Source: Nitrospirota bacterium | GTDB lineage: Bacteria; Nitrospirota; UBA9217 | Direction: 5' to 3' | Assembly: GCA_029858565.1 (NCBI GenBank) | Contig: JAOUEV010000003.1 | Span: 49,967 to 113,966, forward strand | DNA: 64,000 nt | Shown: positions 42,202 through 52,061 of the stretch, one piece after another | Numbering within the stretch: position 1 is the stretch's first letter | Layout: every line of letters starts with the position of its first letter | The notes under the pieces: generated by a model | Database searches by the model: none | What the model was told of the DNA's origin: nothing | What the model saw: only the letters and a program-made list of their open reading frames with translations | Position numbers and translations under genes: made by a program

Positions 42202-42203
42202 GA

Positions 42204-42259
42204 GCCGTGAGGCGTGAGGCGTGAGGGGTAAGGCGTAAGACGTGAGACGTGAAATGTGA
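42204..42259 (+). repeat. Heptamer tandem repeat (GCGTGAG/GGGTAAG)
   Basis: About 8 degenerate 7-mers between the fumarase subunits; related tracts at ~17615, ~36145 and ~38997. Confidence 0.8.
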
Positions 42260-42307
42260 AGAACCAGTGACCCTGTGTTCATTTGCTGTTAAGGAACGTG
42301 ATCTGAT

Positions 42308-42868
42308 ATGTCTTCTCCAATAAAAATAGCATCCCCCTTGACCGACGAGGCCGTGTCCAAGCTCCGGGCCGGTGACCGCGTGCTGATCACCGGGACCATC
42401 TATACGGGCAGGGACATGGCTCACAAGTACATGGTCGAGGGACATCAGAAAGGCGAGAAAGTGCCTTTTGATCTCAAGGGACAAGTCCTTTACTACACCG
42501 GTCCGACGCCGGCGCCTCCGGGCAAGCCGATCGGTGCGGCCGGCCCTACCACGAGCTACCGCATGGACAAATACGCGCCCTACCTTCTCGATCTGGGGCT
42601 CAAGTGCATGATCGGCAAAGGTCCTCGCGGCGCAGCGGTGCGGGAGTCGATCAAAAAGAACAAGGCCCTGTATCTTGCCGCCATCGGCGGGGCAGGCGCG
42701 CTCATATCAAAGTCCATCAAAAAGGCCGAAGTGATCGCTTATCCCGAGCTTGGGACCGAGGCGGTGATGCGGCTCGAGGTCGAAGACTTCCCCGCTATTG
42801 TCGTGAACGATATTGTCGGCGGGGACCTGTATGAGCTGGGCGTGGCGGAGTACCGGGAAGAGAAATAA
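42308..42868 (+). CDS. Class I Fe-S fumarate hydratase beta subunit
   Basis: TGRDMAH, GPTTSYRM, MIGKG, LGTEA. Confidence 0.92.
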   Translation: MSSPIKIASPLTDEAVSKLRAGDRVLITGTIYTGRDMAHKYMVEGHQKGEKVPFDLKGQVLYYTGPTPAPPGKPIGAAGPTTSYRMDKYAPYLLDLGLKCMIGKGPRGAAVRESIKKNKALYLAAIGGAGALISKSIKKAEVIAYPELGTEAVMRLEVEDFPAIVVNDIVGGDLYELGVAEYREEK

Positions 42869-42880
42869 CTGCTATTTGTC

Positions 42881-42950
42881 GACGCTGAGGACACTGAGAA
42901 AGCTTATGAAAATTCGCTTTTTTCATAACTTCGTCTGTGTCCTCAGTGTC
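42881..42950. repeat. Palindromic element with 9-bp periodic arms (GACACTGAG)
   Basis: GACGCTGAGGACACTGAG...TATGAAAA pairs with TTTTCATAA...TGTGTCCTCAGTGTC. Confidence 0.75.
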
Positions 42951-42978
42951 AAAGAATATTTACTGTCAAGGAGAAGTC

Positions 42979-43512
42979 ATGTCGATCAAATCAAAGATCA
43001 GAACCGTACCGAACTACCCGAAAAAAGGCATCATGTTCCGCGATATCACCACGCTCATCAAGGACCCCGTCGGATTCCGTCTGGTGATCGATACGATCAC
43101 GCAGCGCTATATCCATGACGATTATAACTTCAACGTCATCGTTGGCATCGAGTCCCGGGGCTTCATCATCGGCGGAGCCCTGTCCTACACGCTCGGAAAG
43201 GGTTTTGTGCCGATCCGGAAGAAGGGCAAGCTTCCGGCTGAGGTCGTTTCCCAGGAATACGAACTTGAGTACGGCACGGACAAGATCGAGGTGCACAAGG
43301 ACGCGCTCAAGCAGGGGGACCGCGTGCTGTTGATCGACGATCTGCTCGCTACCGGCGGCACTGCCATGGCGGCAGCCGCGCTTATCGAGAAGCTGGGCGC
43401 CAAGGTCGTGGAGATGGCATTTATCGTGGATCTGCCTGATGTGGGAGGGCGGAAGAAGCTTGAAGCAAAGGGATACAAGGTCTACGCTCTTACGGAGTTC
43501 GAAGGTGATTGA
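42979..43512 (+). CDS. apt: Adenine phosphoribosyltransferase
   Basis: GIMFRDIT, ESRGF, RKKGKLP, YELEYG, IDDLLATGGT. Confidence 0.96.
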   Translation: MSIKSKIRTVPNYPKKGIMFRDITTLIKDPVGFRLVIDTITQRYIHDDYNFNVIVGIESRGFIIGGALSYTLGKGFVPIRKKGKLPAEVVSQEYELEYGTDKIEVHKDALKQGDRVLLIDDLLATGGTAMAAAALIEKLGAKVVEMAFIVDLPDVGGRKKLEAKGYKVYALTEFEGD

Positions 43513-43543
43513 TACGGTTTGATCGGATTAATTATCCTGATGG

Positions 43544-43580
43544 AAAAGGCGAAGCATGAAACGCATGCTTCGCCTTTTTT
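43544..43580 (+). terminator. Rho-independent terminator after apt
   Basis: AAAAGGCGAAGCATG-AAACG-CATGCTTCGCCTTTTTT. Confidence 0.85.
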
Positions 43581-43634
43581 GTTTGAAAATTCAATTGGTT
43601 GGATAGGCCGGGTGTAATGGGAGGCAAAGAATTG

Positions 43635-43693
43635 TTGACAATTGTCAATTATTCTAACATCTACTTGACAGATAATCTAACTCATGGTATGGT
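43635..43693 (+). promoter_or_regulatory. Promoter/operator of the Xre-Panacea TA
   Basis: Perfect palindrome TTGACAATTGTCAA (43635-48); TTGACA(43665)-17 bp-TATGGT. Confidence 0.6.
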
Positions 43694-43716
43694 GGCTCCA
43701 TGGTAGGAGGGCTGCT

Positions 43717-44505
43717 ATGAGTGTTTCCAATAAAATAGGCCGGCGGATCAAAGAGTTGAGGGAAAAGGCCGATATGAGCCAGGATGCGTTGGCGATCGCG
43801 ATGAAACTGCCGCGACCCGCGATTGTTCTCATCGAGAAAGGATCGAGAAAGGTGTCCGCCGATGAACTTGTCGGTTTTTCCAAGTTGTTCCATGTGGCAG
43901 TGGATGAGCTGTTGAATCCCGGGAAAGAACCGGATGTTCGGCTGCCCGAGGAGAGGGCAGAAATAGCTGCTAAACCGGGTCTGCGGATCAGTGTGCCGCA
44001 GAAAAACCTCGTGAAGTTCAAGGAAGTGCTGCTATACATCCTGAACAAGGTCGGCGCCAAGGAGAATATCGGCGAGACGGTCATCTATAAGCTGCTTTAT
44101 TTTATCGATTTCGACTATTACGAGAAATACGAAGAACAGCTGATCGGCGCCACGTATATCAAGAACAAGTTCGGACCAACGCCGGTCGAGTTCGTCAAGA
44201 TCGTCGAGAAGATGATCAAGAACGGGGAGATCGAAAAGGTCAAAAGCGAGTACTTCAAGCTGCAGCAGACCAAGTATCTGCCCCGTAGAAAAGCGGACCG
44301 CGCGAAACTCACGGCTGGAGAGGTCGAAGTGATCGATGACGTGCTGAACCGGCTCTCGGACATGAATGCCAACCAGATCAGCGCATATTCGCACAGCGAC
44401 GTGCCCTGGATGTCAACAAAGGATGGCGAGACCATTGATTATGAATCGGTCTTCTATCGCACACCGCCCTATTCCGTGCGGGCTTACGCGGAAGAGAACG
44501 GATGA
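43717..44505 (+). CDS. Xre-HTH + DUF4065 (Panacea/SocA-type) antitoxin
   Basis: IKELRE...SQDALA...IEKGSRKV HTH; KLLYFIDF, FGP, SAYSH..PW; GGAGG RBS. Confidence 0.88.
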   Translation: MSVSNKIGRRIKELREKADMSQDALAIAMKLPRPAIVLIEKGSRKVSADELVGFSKLFHVAVDELLNPGKEPDVRLPEERAEIAAKPGLRISVPQKNLVKFKEVLLYILNKVGAKENIGETVIYKLLYFIDFDYYEKYEEQLIGATYIKNKFGPTPVEFVKIVEKMIKNGEIEKVKSEYFKLQQTKYLPRRKADRAKLTAGEVEVIDDVLNRLSDMNANQISAYSHSDVPWMSTKDGETIDYESVFYRTPPYSVRAYAEENG

Positions 44506-44867
44506 GCGGTCCGTTCTACAGAGAATTCTCCGGCACACTGTTTAAAAAGATCACCCATGTGCCGGAGTTCGAAAAGGACCTGAAGAAGTTGCTGAAACGC
44601 TTCTCTTCTCTGGAAGAGGACCTGCAGACCTTCATCAAGGTTGCAATGAGCCTGTTCCATAAGCAGAAGATCGACAGCAACGCCATCTTTCACGTATCCG
44701 ATCTCGGGATTAAATCTCCGAAAATATATAAAGCTAAGAAGTTCGCCTGTAAGGCGCTGAAAGGCAAGGGCGCACAATCGGGGATCAGGGTCATTTATGC
44801 GTATCATGAGGAAGAGGATTGGGTGGAGTTTGTGGAAATCTACTGTAAAGAGGATAGGGAAAGATGA
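44502..44867 (+). CDS. RelE-like toxin
   Basis: EFEKDLKKLLKRF, KGAQSGIRVIYAY, VEIY; ATGA overlap with the antitoxin. Confidence 0.8.
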   Translation: MSGPFYREFSGTLFKKITHVPEFEKDLKKLLKRFSSLEEDLQTFIKVAMSLFHKQKIDSNAIFHVSDLGIKSPKIYKAKKFACKALKGKGAQSGIRVIYAYHEEEDWVEFVEIYCKEDRER

Positions 44868-44869
44868 TG

Positions 44870-44911
44870 AGAATAACTTCCTCAGAATAATTTCATCAGA
44901 ATAATTTCATC
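44870..44911 (+). repeat. Three tandem 14-bp repeats
   Basis: AGAATAACTTCCTC AGAATAATTTCATC AGAATAATTTCATC. Confidence 0.85.
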
Positions 44912-44965
44912 CGATTGAATGTTTTGCATATAAATGATATACTCTTTCATTCGTTAGGAGTCGTT

Positions 44966-45874
44966 ATGAATTTCCCTCCACCTACAGCTGAAGATATCAA
45001 GGTGCTGTTTCCTCAGTTCCAGGAAGTCCGCTTCCTTAAAACTGGCGGTTTTAAAGCAGTTTACAAGGCTGTTGTAAAGGACAGACCAGAAGCCTTCAAG
45101 CTTGTTTACGTTCCGGAAGTGAATGGAGTCGATCCGGAAGTTGCTAAGGAAATCCGAAAAGAATCGCTCGGAAGAATTACGCGAGAAATAAAAATACTTA
45201 ATAACTGCAAGTCCCCAGAAATAGTGAAACTCGGTTCTATGCAACCATCTCCCGTCTCAATTGGGGGGCGTGAATATATCGCGTACTCTGAGGAGTATCT
45301 TGATGGGAATGCGCTGAGGGAGTTAATTAATCAATCAACAAAACCGACAGAAGATGATATTCGAGCCCTATTTCTGAGTCTGCTTAAAGCTATTCGTGAA
45401 CTTTGGTCTTTCAATGTTATCCATCGAGACATAAAACCTGATAACGTTATGAAGCTAAATCAAAAAGATAGACGATTTGTGGTTCTTGATCTGGGGATTG
45501 CATTTTCCCCTGCCGATACTCCACTTACCTTCGATGCATCGCATCGTTTGCCACCGGGAACGTTTCGCTATATTGCACCCGAAATGCTCCAGCCGGGATT
45601 CCGCGATTCAATAGATTTCAGAAGCGACATTTATACCGCAGCAATGACTGTTTATGAATATGCTGCTTGGCAACACCCGCTTGCTAAGGATAAAGATGAT
45701 CTTATCGCAACACTATCGCGAATCGTTCGCGAGTCTCCTAAGTCACTAAAAGAACATAGGCCAGATCTTTCTCAGTTGGTTATAGGAACGGTAGATCAAA
45801 TGCTAAAAAAGATACCAGCATTAAGGCCTTCAAACATAAATATGCTAATCGATAAATTAGAGAGAAACATATGA
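44966..45874 (+). CDS. Hanks-type Ser/Thr protein kinase (stand-alone catalytic domain)
   Basis: GGFKAVY, AFK, REIKIL, HRDIKPDN, DLG, GTFRYIAPE, RSDIY; AGGAG RBS. Confidence 0.92.
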   Translation: MNFPPPTAEDIKVLFPQFQEVRFLKTGGFKAVYKAVVKDRPEAFKLVYVPEVNGVDPEVAKEIRKESLGRITREIKILNNCKSPEIVKLGSMQPSPVSIGGREYIAYSEEYLDGNALRELINQSTKPTEDDIRALFLSLLKAIRELWSFNVIHRDIKPDNVMKLNQKDRRFVVLDLGIAFSPADTPLTFDASHRLPPGTFRYIAPEMLQPGFRDSIDFRSDIYTAAMTVYEYAAWQHPLAKDKDDLIATLSRIVRESPKSLKEHRPDLSQLVIGTVDQMLKKIPALRPSNINMLIDKLERNI

Positions 45875-47052
45875 AACTATATGCGCAACACGGATATGGG
45901 GAAGGTGAAAAAATAAGCCAAGGACTGCAAAAAGGATTAATTTCTGGTGTTGTCTATGGCGCAAAGGATATAAACCCAGACCGGCTTAGGGAACGACTAG
46001 GTGGGATTGCCACTAGTATGCCAACTGCCGGTAGAGTATTAGATCCCCAATATTATGTTAGTTTAATCGGGTCTGACCCAAATATTAGGCTCGGCAAACT
46101 GGAGGAATATCCCTATTTTACTGTCAGACGCCGGAGTCAATTAGAATCAAACGACTTGATAAAAGAAGAAATACGCAAAGTAATAGAATTTCAAGCAGGT
46201 TTGCCAGTTTCAGCTATCATTGCTCCTAATATATTGATCTCTCGGTCTTTTGATTCCGTTGAGGCAGTTATTGCGAAGAATTTTATTCGACAAGCGAAGG
46301 GGATATATGAGGAGTACTCGGATAAAAGGCCACTGTATGTAACACTAGCAATATCAAGAGAAGCCTTAATCGATTTTACCGAATTAGAGGCTTTTCTGAA
46401 CGATGTTACACTCCTAGATAAACAGCCGGACGGATTTTACCTCCTAGTCGGAGCACGCAGCGTTGAAGCGAGGACGGACCTTTATAATGCAGATGTTATT
46501 GCCGCTTGGATGTTGCTTAATCATTCTCTAAAAATAAACGGGTATGAAATTATTAATGGTTATTCCGACCTCATATCGCCTTTTCTCGGCGCTGTAGGCG
46601 GTGATATCGGCTGTACTGGCTGGTGGTCGAATCTAAGGACATTTTCAATGGATCGTTTTGCTCCTGAATCCACGGGGGGGCGACAGCCTGTACAGCGATA
46701 CCTATGCACTAAATTACTCAATCGCATTACTTTTTATGAATTAGACGCTTTGCGTCGGATCTTCCCAGAGGTGGTAAACGGGCTATCTGTGGACACCGAG
46801 TATCTAGGTGAACCGGAGCGCTCTATTGAGGTTCTCCAGTCATGGGAAGCCTTAAACAGTTTATTATCTACCCTTACCGCTAGTAGTGATCCATCCAGAA
46901 ATGTTGGAAAATGCACAGATGCCATCAATTATGCAAACGACTTATACATATCAATCAGGGCTCGCTATCGGTTAGACCCAAAGTCTGATGATAGCCATCT
47001 GGAAGCGCTTCAAGAAGGGATGAGTCTTTTTAAGAAGCGGGCAGAGTTGTAA
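45871..47052 (+). CDS. Hypothetical protein coupled to the kinase (possible TIM-barrel-like fold)
   Basis: 393 aa, ATGA overlap with the kinase; motifs YAQHG, LDPQYY, GWWSNLRTF. The fold is an inference. Confidence 0.7.
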   Translation: MKLYAQHGYGEGEKISQGLQKGLISGVVYGAKDINPDRLRERLGGIATSMPTAGRVLDPQYYVSLIGSDPNIRLGKLEEYPYFTVRRRSQLESNDLIKEEIRKVIEFQAGLPVSAIIAPNILISRSFDSVEAVIAKNFIRQAKGIYEEYSDKRPLYVTLAISREALIDFTELEAFLNDVTLLDKQPDGFYLLVGARSVEARTDLYNADVIAAWMLLNHSLKINGYEIINGYSDLISPFLGAVGGDIGCTGWWSNLRTFSMDRFAPESTGGRQPVQRYLCTKLLNRITFYELDALRRIFPEVVNGLSVDTEYLGEPERSIEVLQSWEALNSLLSTLTASSDPSRNVGKCTDAINYANDLYISIRARYRLDPKSDDSHLEALQEGMSLFKKRAEL

Positions 47053-47560
47053 GTTGAAGACCCAGAAGGGATAACGCTTTTGTATATGCAGTCTCGCTTA
47101 TGGGTTTATCCTTCTTTGGGCTATAAATTTTGTTAATGATGCCACTTTCAGCATCAAAGGCCCAAAGACCCACATTGAAAGTCCGAAAATCCGATAACGC
47201 TTGTTTCGCCTTATCTGCTTCATCCGGAGGCAGGACCACATATACGGAATCCGCGAAGTATTTGTACCGATACGATTGAGCCAGAGCTTTTCGCCAATCC
47301 CTGATTTTCATCTCAAATGCTTGAAGAGTCTTTTTCCTGGGGCTAATGCATACAGACACGATATCCGCTATTCCGAGGCCGGGAACATGAAGTTCGCGAG
47401 CCATGTCGAAAGCATGGCATCGGGCTGTTGATTTCCCCTGTTCTTCACGTTGGTAGGTACGTCCGAAGGCCAAAACAAAATCAGCTTCTTGCCGCTTTCT
47501 TGATGTATTTATCGGCAAGTTTCTCCTCGGATGTTTATTGAAAGGGATTAAATATCTCAT
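47030..47560 (-). CDS. PD-(D/E)XK nuclease-fold protein (MmcB/sce7726-like)
   Basis: E...GIADIV...AFEMK..WRKALAQ..RY..FADSVYVV; TGnTATTAT 6 nt before the ATG suggests a leaderless start at 47560. Confidence 0.7.
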   Translation of the reverse strand: MRYLIPFNKHPRRNLPINTSRKRQEADFVLAFGRTYQREEQGKSTARCHAFDMARELHVPGLGIADIVSVCISPRKKTLQAFEMKIRDWRKALAQSYRYKYFADSVYVVLPPDEADKAKQALSDFRTFNVGLWAFDAESGIINKIYSPKKDKPISETAYTKALSLLGLQLTTLPAS

Positions 47561-47660
47561 GTTTCTATAATAGCACACGGTTGAAATCATCGCCAATGAA
47601 TTTCGATAAAGATAAAACCTAGTCAAAGTTGGAGGCGGGCATGCTTGCAGAGAGCATCAC

Positions 47661-48935
47661 TCAATGCACCGAGCAGGAAATGCAGGGATCATAAGACCGG
47701 ACCAGCATCTGGGCCAATAGCTCGATGTCCCGGTCCTTCTTTCCTTCCTTGGCGTACTTCTCCGCTAATGCAGCCAGGTCATGCTGGATGTTCGCATGGT
47801 TCTGGCTCGTGGGGATCACGCAGTCGCTCTTGACGATCCTGCCGTCCTTGTCGAACTCGTAGCAATGATAGAGGATCCCCCTCGGCACTTCCACGGCGCC
47901 CACACCGGTCCCTGCCTTTGGCTCCACCGTTTGTCTTGGCTCTTTCCATTCCATATCAAGCATACTGTTGATCATATCGATCGATTCCAGAACCACATGT
48001 ACGCATTCCACAAGCTGGGCAATGTTGTTCATGTAGGGGTTGTGATTCACCGGCTGAAGGCCGAAGGACCGGGCGATATCCTGTGCTGCCGGATGGAGGG
48101 CCGCGAAGTTGTTGTTGATCCGCGCCAGGGCTCCCACGGCAAAGGATTGACGTGAGAGCTTGCTCCATTTGGATGTGGACTGGTCAACCAGGTACTCGTT
48201 CGTCATCAGCCTGTATTCGCTCTCCTTTTTTACCACGCCGTCGGTCGAGACCAGGTCCCCGCCGATGAAGGGATACGAACCGGCGGCCTTCAGGGAAACG
48301 AACTCGGTCTCGCGCTTAAAATCAGGGATCGTGAACACGCGGAAAAGCTCCGCGGTCTTGACCAGGTCATCGACCACATCCTGGAGCCGGTACTTGTAGC
48401 GCACCAGATCGTTCTTCTCGGGCAGCATGGTGAATCCGCCGATAACGGTACGCGTGGGATGCATGCGCCTGCCGCCGATGCCGTCGCAAAGATCGTTTGC
48501 CAGGAGTTTTACCTTTGCCGCCCGTTTGACCACATCGGGATGGGAATCGATCAGCGGGAACACGCTGCCGACGTTCAGGAAGTCCGGCGCTGCGAGGAAA
48601 TAGAGGTGGAGTACATGGCTCTGGAGCGTCTCCATGTGCTTGAGCAGGAGGCGGAGCTTCTGCGTCTGTTCAGAAGGCACGAATCCGAAGGCATTCTCCA
48701 CTGCGCGGATGCTGGCCAGGGTATGGCCGATGGAACAGATGCCGCAGATCCTGGCGCAGATCCAGGGCGCGTTCTCCCACTTCTTGCCCACGAGCATTGC
48801 TTCGAAGAACCGGGGAGTCTCGACCACTTCCCACCGGGCCTGCTCGACCTTGCCGTCCTTGATCGAGATCTTGATGTTGCCGTGGCCTTCGACCCGGGTG
48901 AGGTGTTTGATATCGATCGTTTGGTTGAGCTTCAT
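47661..48935 (-). CDS. Group 3b [NiFe] hydrogenase large (alpha) subunit
   Basis: RVEGHG, L1 RICGIC, EVPRG, L2 DPCISCSVH. Confidence 0.93.
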   Translation of the reverse strand: MKLNQTIDIKHLTRVEGHGNIKISIKDGKVEQARWEVVETPRFFEAMLVGKKWENAPWICARICGICSIGHTLASIRAVENAFGFVPSEQTQKLRLLLKHMETLQSHVLHLYFLAAPDFLNVGSVFPLIDSHPDVVKRAAKVKLLANDLCDGIGGRRMHPTRTVIGGFTMLPEKNDLVRYKYRLQDVVDDLVKTAELFRVFTIPDFKRETEFVSLKAAGSYPFIGGDLVSTDGVVKKESEYRLMTNEYLVDQSTSKWSKLSRQSFAVGALARINNNFAALHPAAQDIARSFGLQPVNHNPYMNNIAQLVECVHVVLESIDMINSMLDMEWKEPRQTVEPKAGTGVGAVEVPRGILYHCYEFDKDGRIVKSDCVIPTSQNHANIQHDLAALAEKYAKEGKKDRDIELLAQMLVRSYDPCISCSVH

Positions 48936-48972
48936 GAATTCCTCATTTTATAGTCACTTTTAAAAGCAGTTT

Positions 48973-49060
48973 TCTCACGAAGCCACGAAGTCACGAAGAA
49001 CGGCTTATAATCAGATACTTGTCAGTGTCATTCTTCGTGTCTTCGTGCCTTCGTGTGAGA
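48973..49060. repeat. Palindromic element with 8-bp periodic arms (CACGAAGN x3)
   Basis: TCTCACGAAGCCACGAAGTCACGAAGAA pairs with TTCTTCGTGTCTTCGTGCCTTCGTGTGAGA. Confidence 0.85.
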
Positions 49061-49079
49061 CAACGTTGCCGTTCGGAAG

Positions 49080-49904
49080 TTATGCTTTTGTTTTGATCGC
49101 TTTTCTCATTTCGCCAGCATGCTGACTGAACCCTCCGAAGCACTCCAGGCGGTCGAGCATGGTCTCCTCGGAGAAGCCGTTCTTCTTCATGATCTCCTTC
49201 ATCTGTTCGATGTTCGCGTCCACCGCCGGTCCGCGGCAGCCCCAGCAGCCGAACCGGTTATTGGGACACCAGGAATCGCAGCCGCCGCGGGTGATCGGGC
49301 CCAGGCAGGGTTCGCCGAGGTCGTAGAGGCAGGTGTTCTCATTTGCCTTGCACTCCATGCAGACCGGATACTTGGGCTGCACAATGGCCTTGCCGAGGAC
49401 CACGTTCGTAACGATTTTCTCGACCTCTTCCTTCTTTACCGGACAGCCGAATATCTGGAGGTCCACTTTCACATGGGCATCGAGCGGCTGGGCAATATCG
49501 TTCGTCTCGATCGCATGAGAGCCGTAAACCTCCTTTTTGACCCAGGTCGGATCGTTGAAACGGTTCTTGAGCTGGTTCACGCCGCCAAAACAGGCGCAGG
49601 AACCAAAAGCAACAAGCACCTTGGCCCGCTCGCGGATCGTCTTGATCCGGTCGACCTCGTCGGAACGGGTTACACTTCCTTCAATGAACGCGATATCGTA
49701 ATCTTCGTTCTTCTCGGTCATGGCCTCGCGGAAGGCGCGCACATCCACGAGCGACAGGAAGTCCAGAAGCGATGCCTCGTTGTTCACGATCTGGAGCTGG
49801 CATCCTTCGCAGGAGGACAGCTCGAAAAAGGCCACTTTCGGCTTTGAAACTGGAATCCCCAGGTAGGTCCGCTGTACTGTCTGGTTCGCGCTCAAGTTGA
49901 TCAC
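49080..49904 (-). CDS. Group 3b hydrogenase small (delta) subunit
   Basis: SCEGC, EGS, GSCA, GCP, VCMEC, CLGPITRGGC, CWGCRGP. Start uncertain. Confidence 0.92.
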   Translation of the reverse strand: MINLSANQTVQRTYLGIPVSKPKVAFFELSSCEGCQLQIVNNEASLLDFLSLVDVRAFREAMTEKNEDYDIAFIEGSVTRSDEVDRIKTIRERAKVLVAFGSCACFGGVNQLKNRFNDPTWVKKEVYGSHAIETNDIAQPLDAHVKVDLQIFGCPVKKEEVEKIVTNVVLGKAIVQPKYPVCMECKANENTCLYDLGEPCLGPITRGGCDSWCPNNRFGCWGCRGPAVDANIEQMKEIMKKNGFSEETMLDRLECFGGFSQHAGEMRKAIKTKA

Positions 49905-49925
49905 CTCAAAGGCAAAACAATATTA

Positions 49926-50084
49926 GCCACGGAAGATGCGGATAAAAACAAATCTAAAATAAATTATGACACTGAAGACACTGACAAAGCTATGAAACAT
50001 CTTTTGATCGTTCTTAGTATTTTTTAGTGTCCTCAGTGTCTAATTCCTCCGCCTCTTCAGGCCGTTATCCGCATCTTCCGTGGC
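49926..50084. repeat. Nested palindromic elements
   Basis: Outer perfect 20-bp IR GCCACGGAAGATGCGGATAA (49926-45/50065-84); inner GACACTGAAGACACTGA...TAGTGTCCTCAGTGTC (49968-50040). Confidence 0.85.
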
Positions 50085-50094
50085 AAAAGAAATT

Positions 50095-51000
50095 TCAAAT
50101 TGCCTCTTTCAGGTTCATAACGGTCCAGTAATCGAACACCGGCCCCTTGAGGCAGGTGTAGGTGGAGCCGACGTTGCAGCGACAGCATTTGCCCATGCCG
50201 CAGTGCATGCGCCGCTCCAGGGAAACGAACATCTTCTGCATGGGCACGCCGCGTTCGGCCAGCATGGTGCAGACAGACTTGAACATCACCGGCGGGCCGC
50301 AGACAATGGCGTAGGTCTGCTCGATGAAGGTATCGGGCCTGCTCTTGATGATATCCTCCAGGATCTTCGGAATGTACCCCACCGGGCCGTCCCAGCCGTT
50401 GTCGGTTTTTTCGAGGATAACGTGAAGGTTGATATCGTCCTTTTTCCACATTTCATACTGGAACTTGAAAAGCATCCGGGACTGGTCGCGCGTGCCGTAC
50501 ACGATGTCCACGTGCTCGAACATGCTGCGGTGCTCCTGCACATGGGCGATGGGAGACCGGAGCGGGGCAAGGCCCAGACCGCCGGCGATCAGCAGGATGT
50601 TGCCGCCGTGCATCCGTTCCATGGGGAAGCTGGTGCCGAAAGGGCCGCGAATGCCGACCCGCGCGCCCCGGGCAGCGCGGGACAGGACGCCGGTGAGATT
50701 TCCTGCGGTCCTGATGCAGAGCTCCATGTCCTCGTGGTTGCTTGGCGATGAAGAGATCGAAAAAGGCGCTTCGCCGATGCCCGGCAGTTCGAGCATGATG
50801 AACTGGCCGGGCCGGAAGGAGAAGTGCCTGCGGTCCTCGGCGTCAATGATGCGGATGCGGTAGAGGTTCTCTAATTCCGTAAGCTTGTACACACTGGTGA
50901 TCTCAGCCTTGTAGGTGTACTCGAAACTGCCGAGGTCGGAGATGCGGTGGTACTTATGATGGCGGGGCACGACATCGTGAAATGCCAGACGGTGGTCCAT
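50095..51000 (-). CDS. Group 3b hydrogenase gamma subunit (FAD/NAD(P)-binding)
   Basis: [45 protein letters not shown]. Confidence 0.92.
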   Translation of the reverse strand: MDHRLAFHDVVPRHHKYHRISDLGSFEYTYKAEITSVYKLTELENLYRIRIIDAEDRRHFSFRPGQFIMLELPGIGEAPFSISSSPSNHEDMELCIRTAGNLTGVLSRAARGARVGIRGPFGTSFPMERMHGGNILLIAGGLGLAPLRSPIAHVQEHRSMFEHVDIVYGTRDQSRMLFKFQYEMWKKDDINLHVILEKTDNGWDGPVGYIPKILEDIIKSRPDTFIEQTYAIVCGPPVMFKSVCTMLAERGVPMQKMFVSLERRMHCGMGKCCRCNVGSTYTCLKGPVFDYWTVMNLKEAI

Positions 51001-51002
51001 GT

Positions 51003-52061
51003 TTACTGCTCCTCTCCCCGGACGCTGGCGATCACCTCGGGTACGGTGATCCCTGCGAGACAGGCTTCGCCGCAGCGGCCGCAGCCCACGCACAGCGACT
51101 CCTCATAGGCCTCAACGAATCCGCGGTGCTTGTGGTAGTAGCGGTACTTGAGACGGCTGCTCCTCTCGGGCCGGAAGTTGTGGCCGCCGGCGACCTCGGC
51201 AAAGTCCACGACATTGCAGGAATAGAGCGTCTTGGTCTTGACCGCCTTCTGGAGCGACGGGTCAACGGATTCCTCGACCCCGTAGCAGTAGCAGGTGGGG
51301 CAGACATTGGCGCAGGTTCCGCAACCCAGGCATTTGTCGCCCCACTGCTTCCAGACCGGGGACTGGAACTCCATGTCCAGAATCTTGGTCAGGTCCGTGG
51401 TGTCCACACGCGCGGTGAACTTCCGGTTCTTCTCCGCGATGGTCTTCATGTACTGCACGTGGTCGTCCTCGGAAAGGTCAGCGGTCCGGAGGTCCTTCAC
51501 CATCTCAAAAGCCTCGGCGGACTGGATCTCGATGAAGTACTTGTCGCCGATGTCAGTGATATTCAGATCAAAACCGTGATGGACCGTGTCGGCGCCCATG
51601 GACCTGCAAAAGCAAAAAGGCTGGGGCTCGCATCCCGTGCCGATGATGAACATGTTCATCCGCTTTGCCGCGTAGTAAGGCATGGGATAGACCGGCCCCA
51701 TCAGCACCTTGTCGAGTTTATTGAGCGCGTTGATGTCACAGGCATGGAGCCCGAAGAACACCAGCGGCTTGTCGATGTTATAATCGATGGTCTTGGTCCA
51801 GTCGTCGTCCTTCATCCGGAATGTGGCAAGTTCCTCGCGGAAGGGAAGGAAGTAGCGCTTTGCCGGAAGCTTGGTGGTGGTGTAGTCAAGCCGGAGGATC
51901 TTGAAATCCTTTACTTCCTCAAAAGCATAGAGCGGCCTGCCGTTGCGGTCTTTGCCTGTTTCAACCGGTCCCACGACAGTGTTCTTCTCAGCGAGCATAT
52001 CAAAAAGCGATCTGAGCTCAGGCTTGTCAATAACGCGGAACAGCATGGCGACCTCGTTCAA
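51003..52061 (-). CDS. Group 3b hydrogenase beta subunit (4Fe-4S)
   Basis: [30 protein letters not shown]. Start may be 52046. Confidence 0.92.
   Translation of the reverse strand: MNEVAMLFRVIDKPELRSLFDMLAEKNTVVGPVETGKDRNGRPLYAFEEVKDFKILRLDYTTTKLPAKRYFLPFREELATFRMKDDDWTKTIDYNIDKPLVFFGLHACDINALNKLDKVLMGPVYPMPYYAAKRMNMFIIGTGCEPQPFCFCRSMGADTVHHGFDLNITDIGDKYFIEIQSAEAFEMVKDLRTADLSEDDHVQYMKTIAEKNRKFTARVDTTDLTKILDMEFQSPVWKQWGDKCLGCGTCANVCPTCYCYGVEESVDPSLQKAVKTKTLYSCNVVDFAEVAGGHNFRPERSSRLKYRYYHKHRGFVEAYEESLCVGCGRCGEACLAGITVPEVIASVRGEEQ

Noticed and set aside
42204-42259. Repeat tracts as CRISPR arrays
   Set aside because: Units are 7-14 bp without unique spacers, and there are no cas genes.
47661-47700. 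[NiFeSe] hydrogenase
   Set aside because: The L2 motif encodes Cys at both positions; the TGA follows the terminal His.
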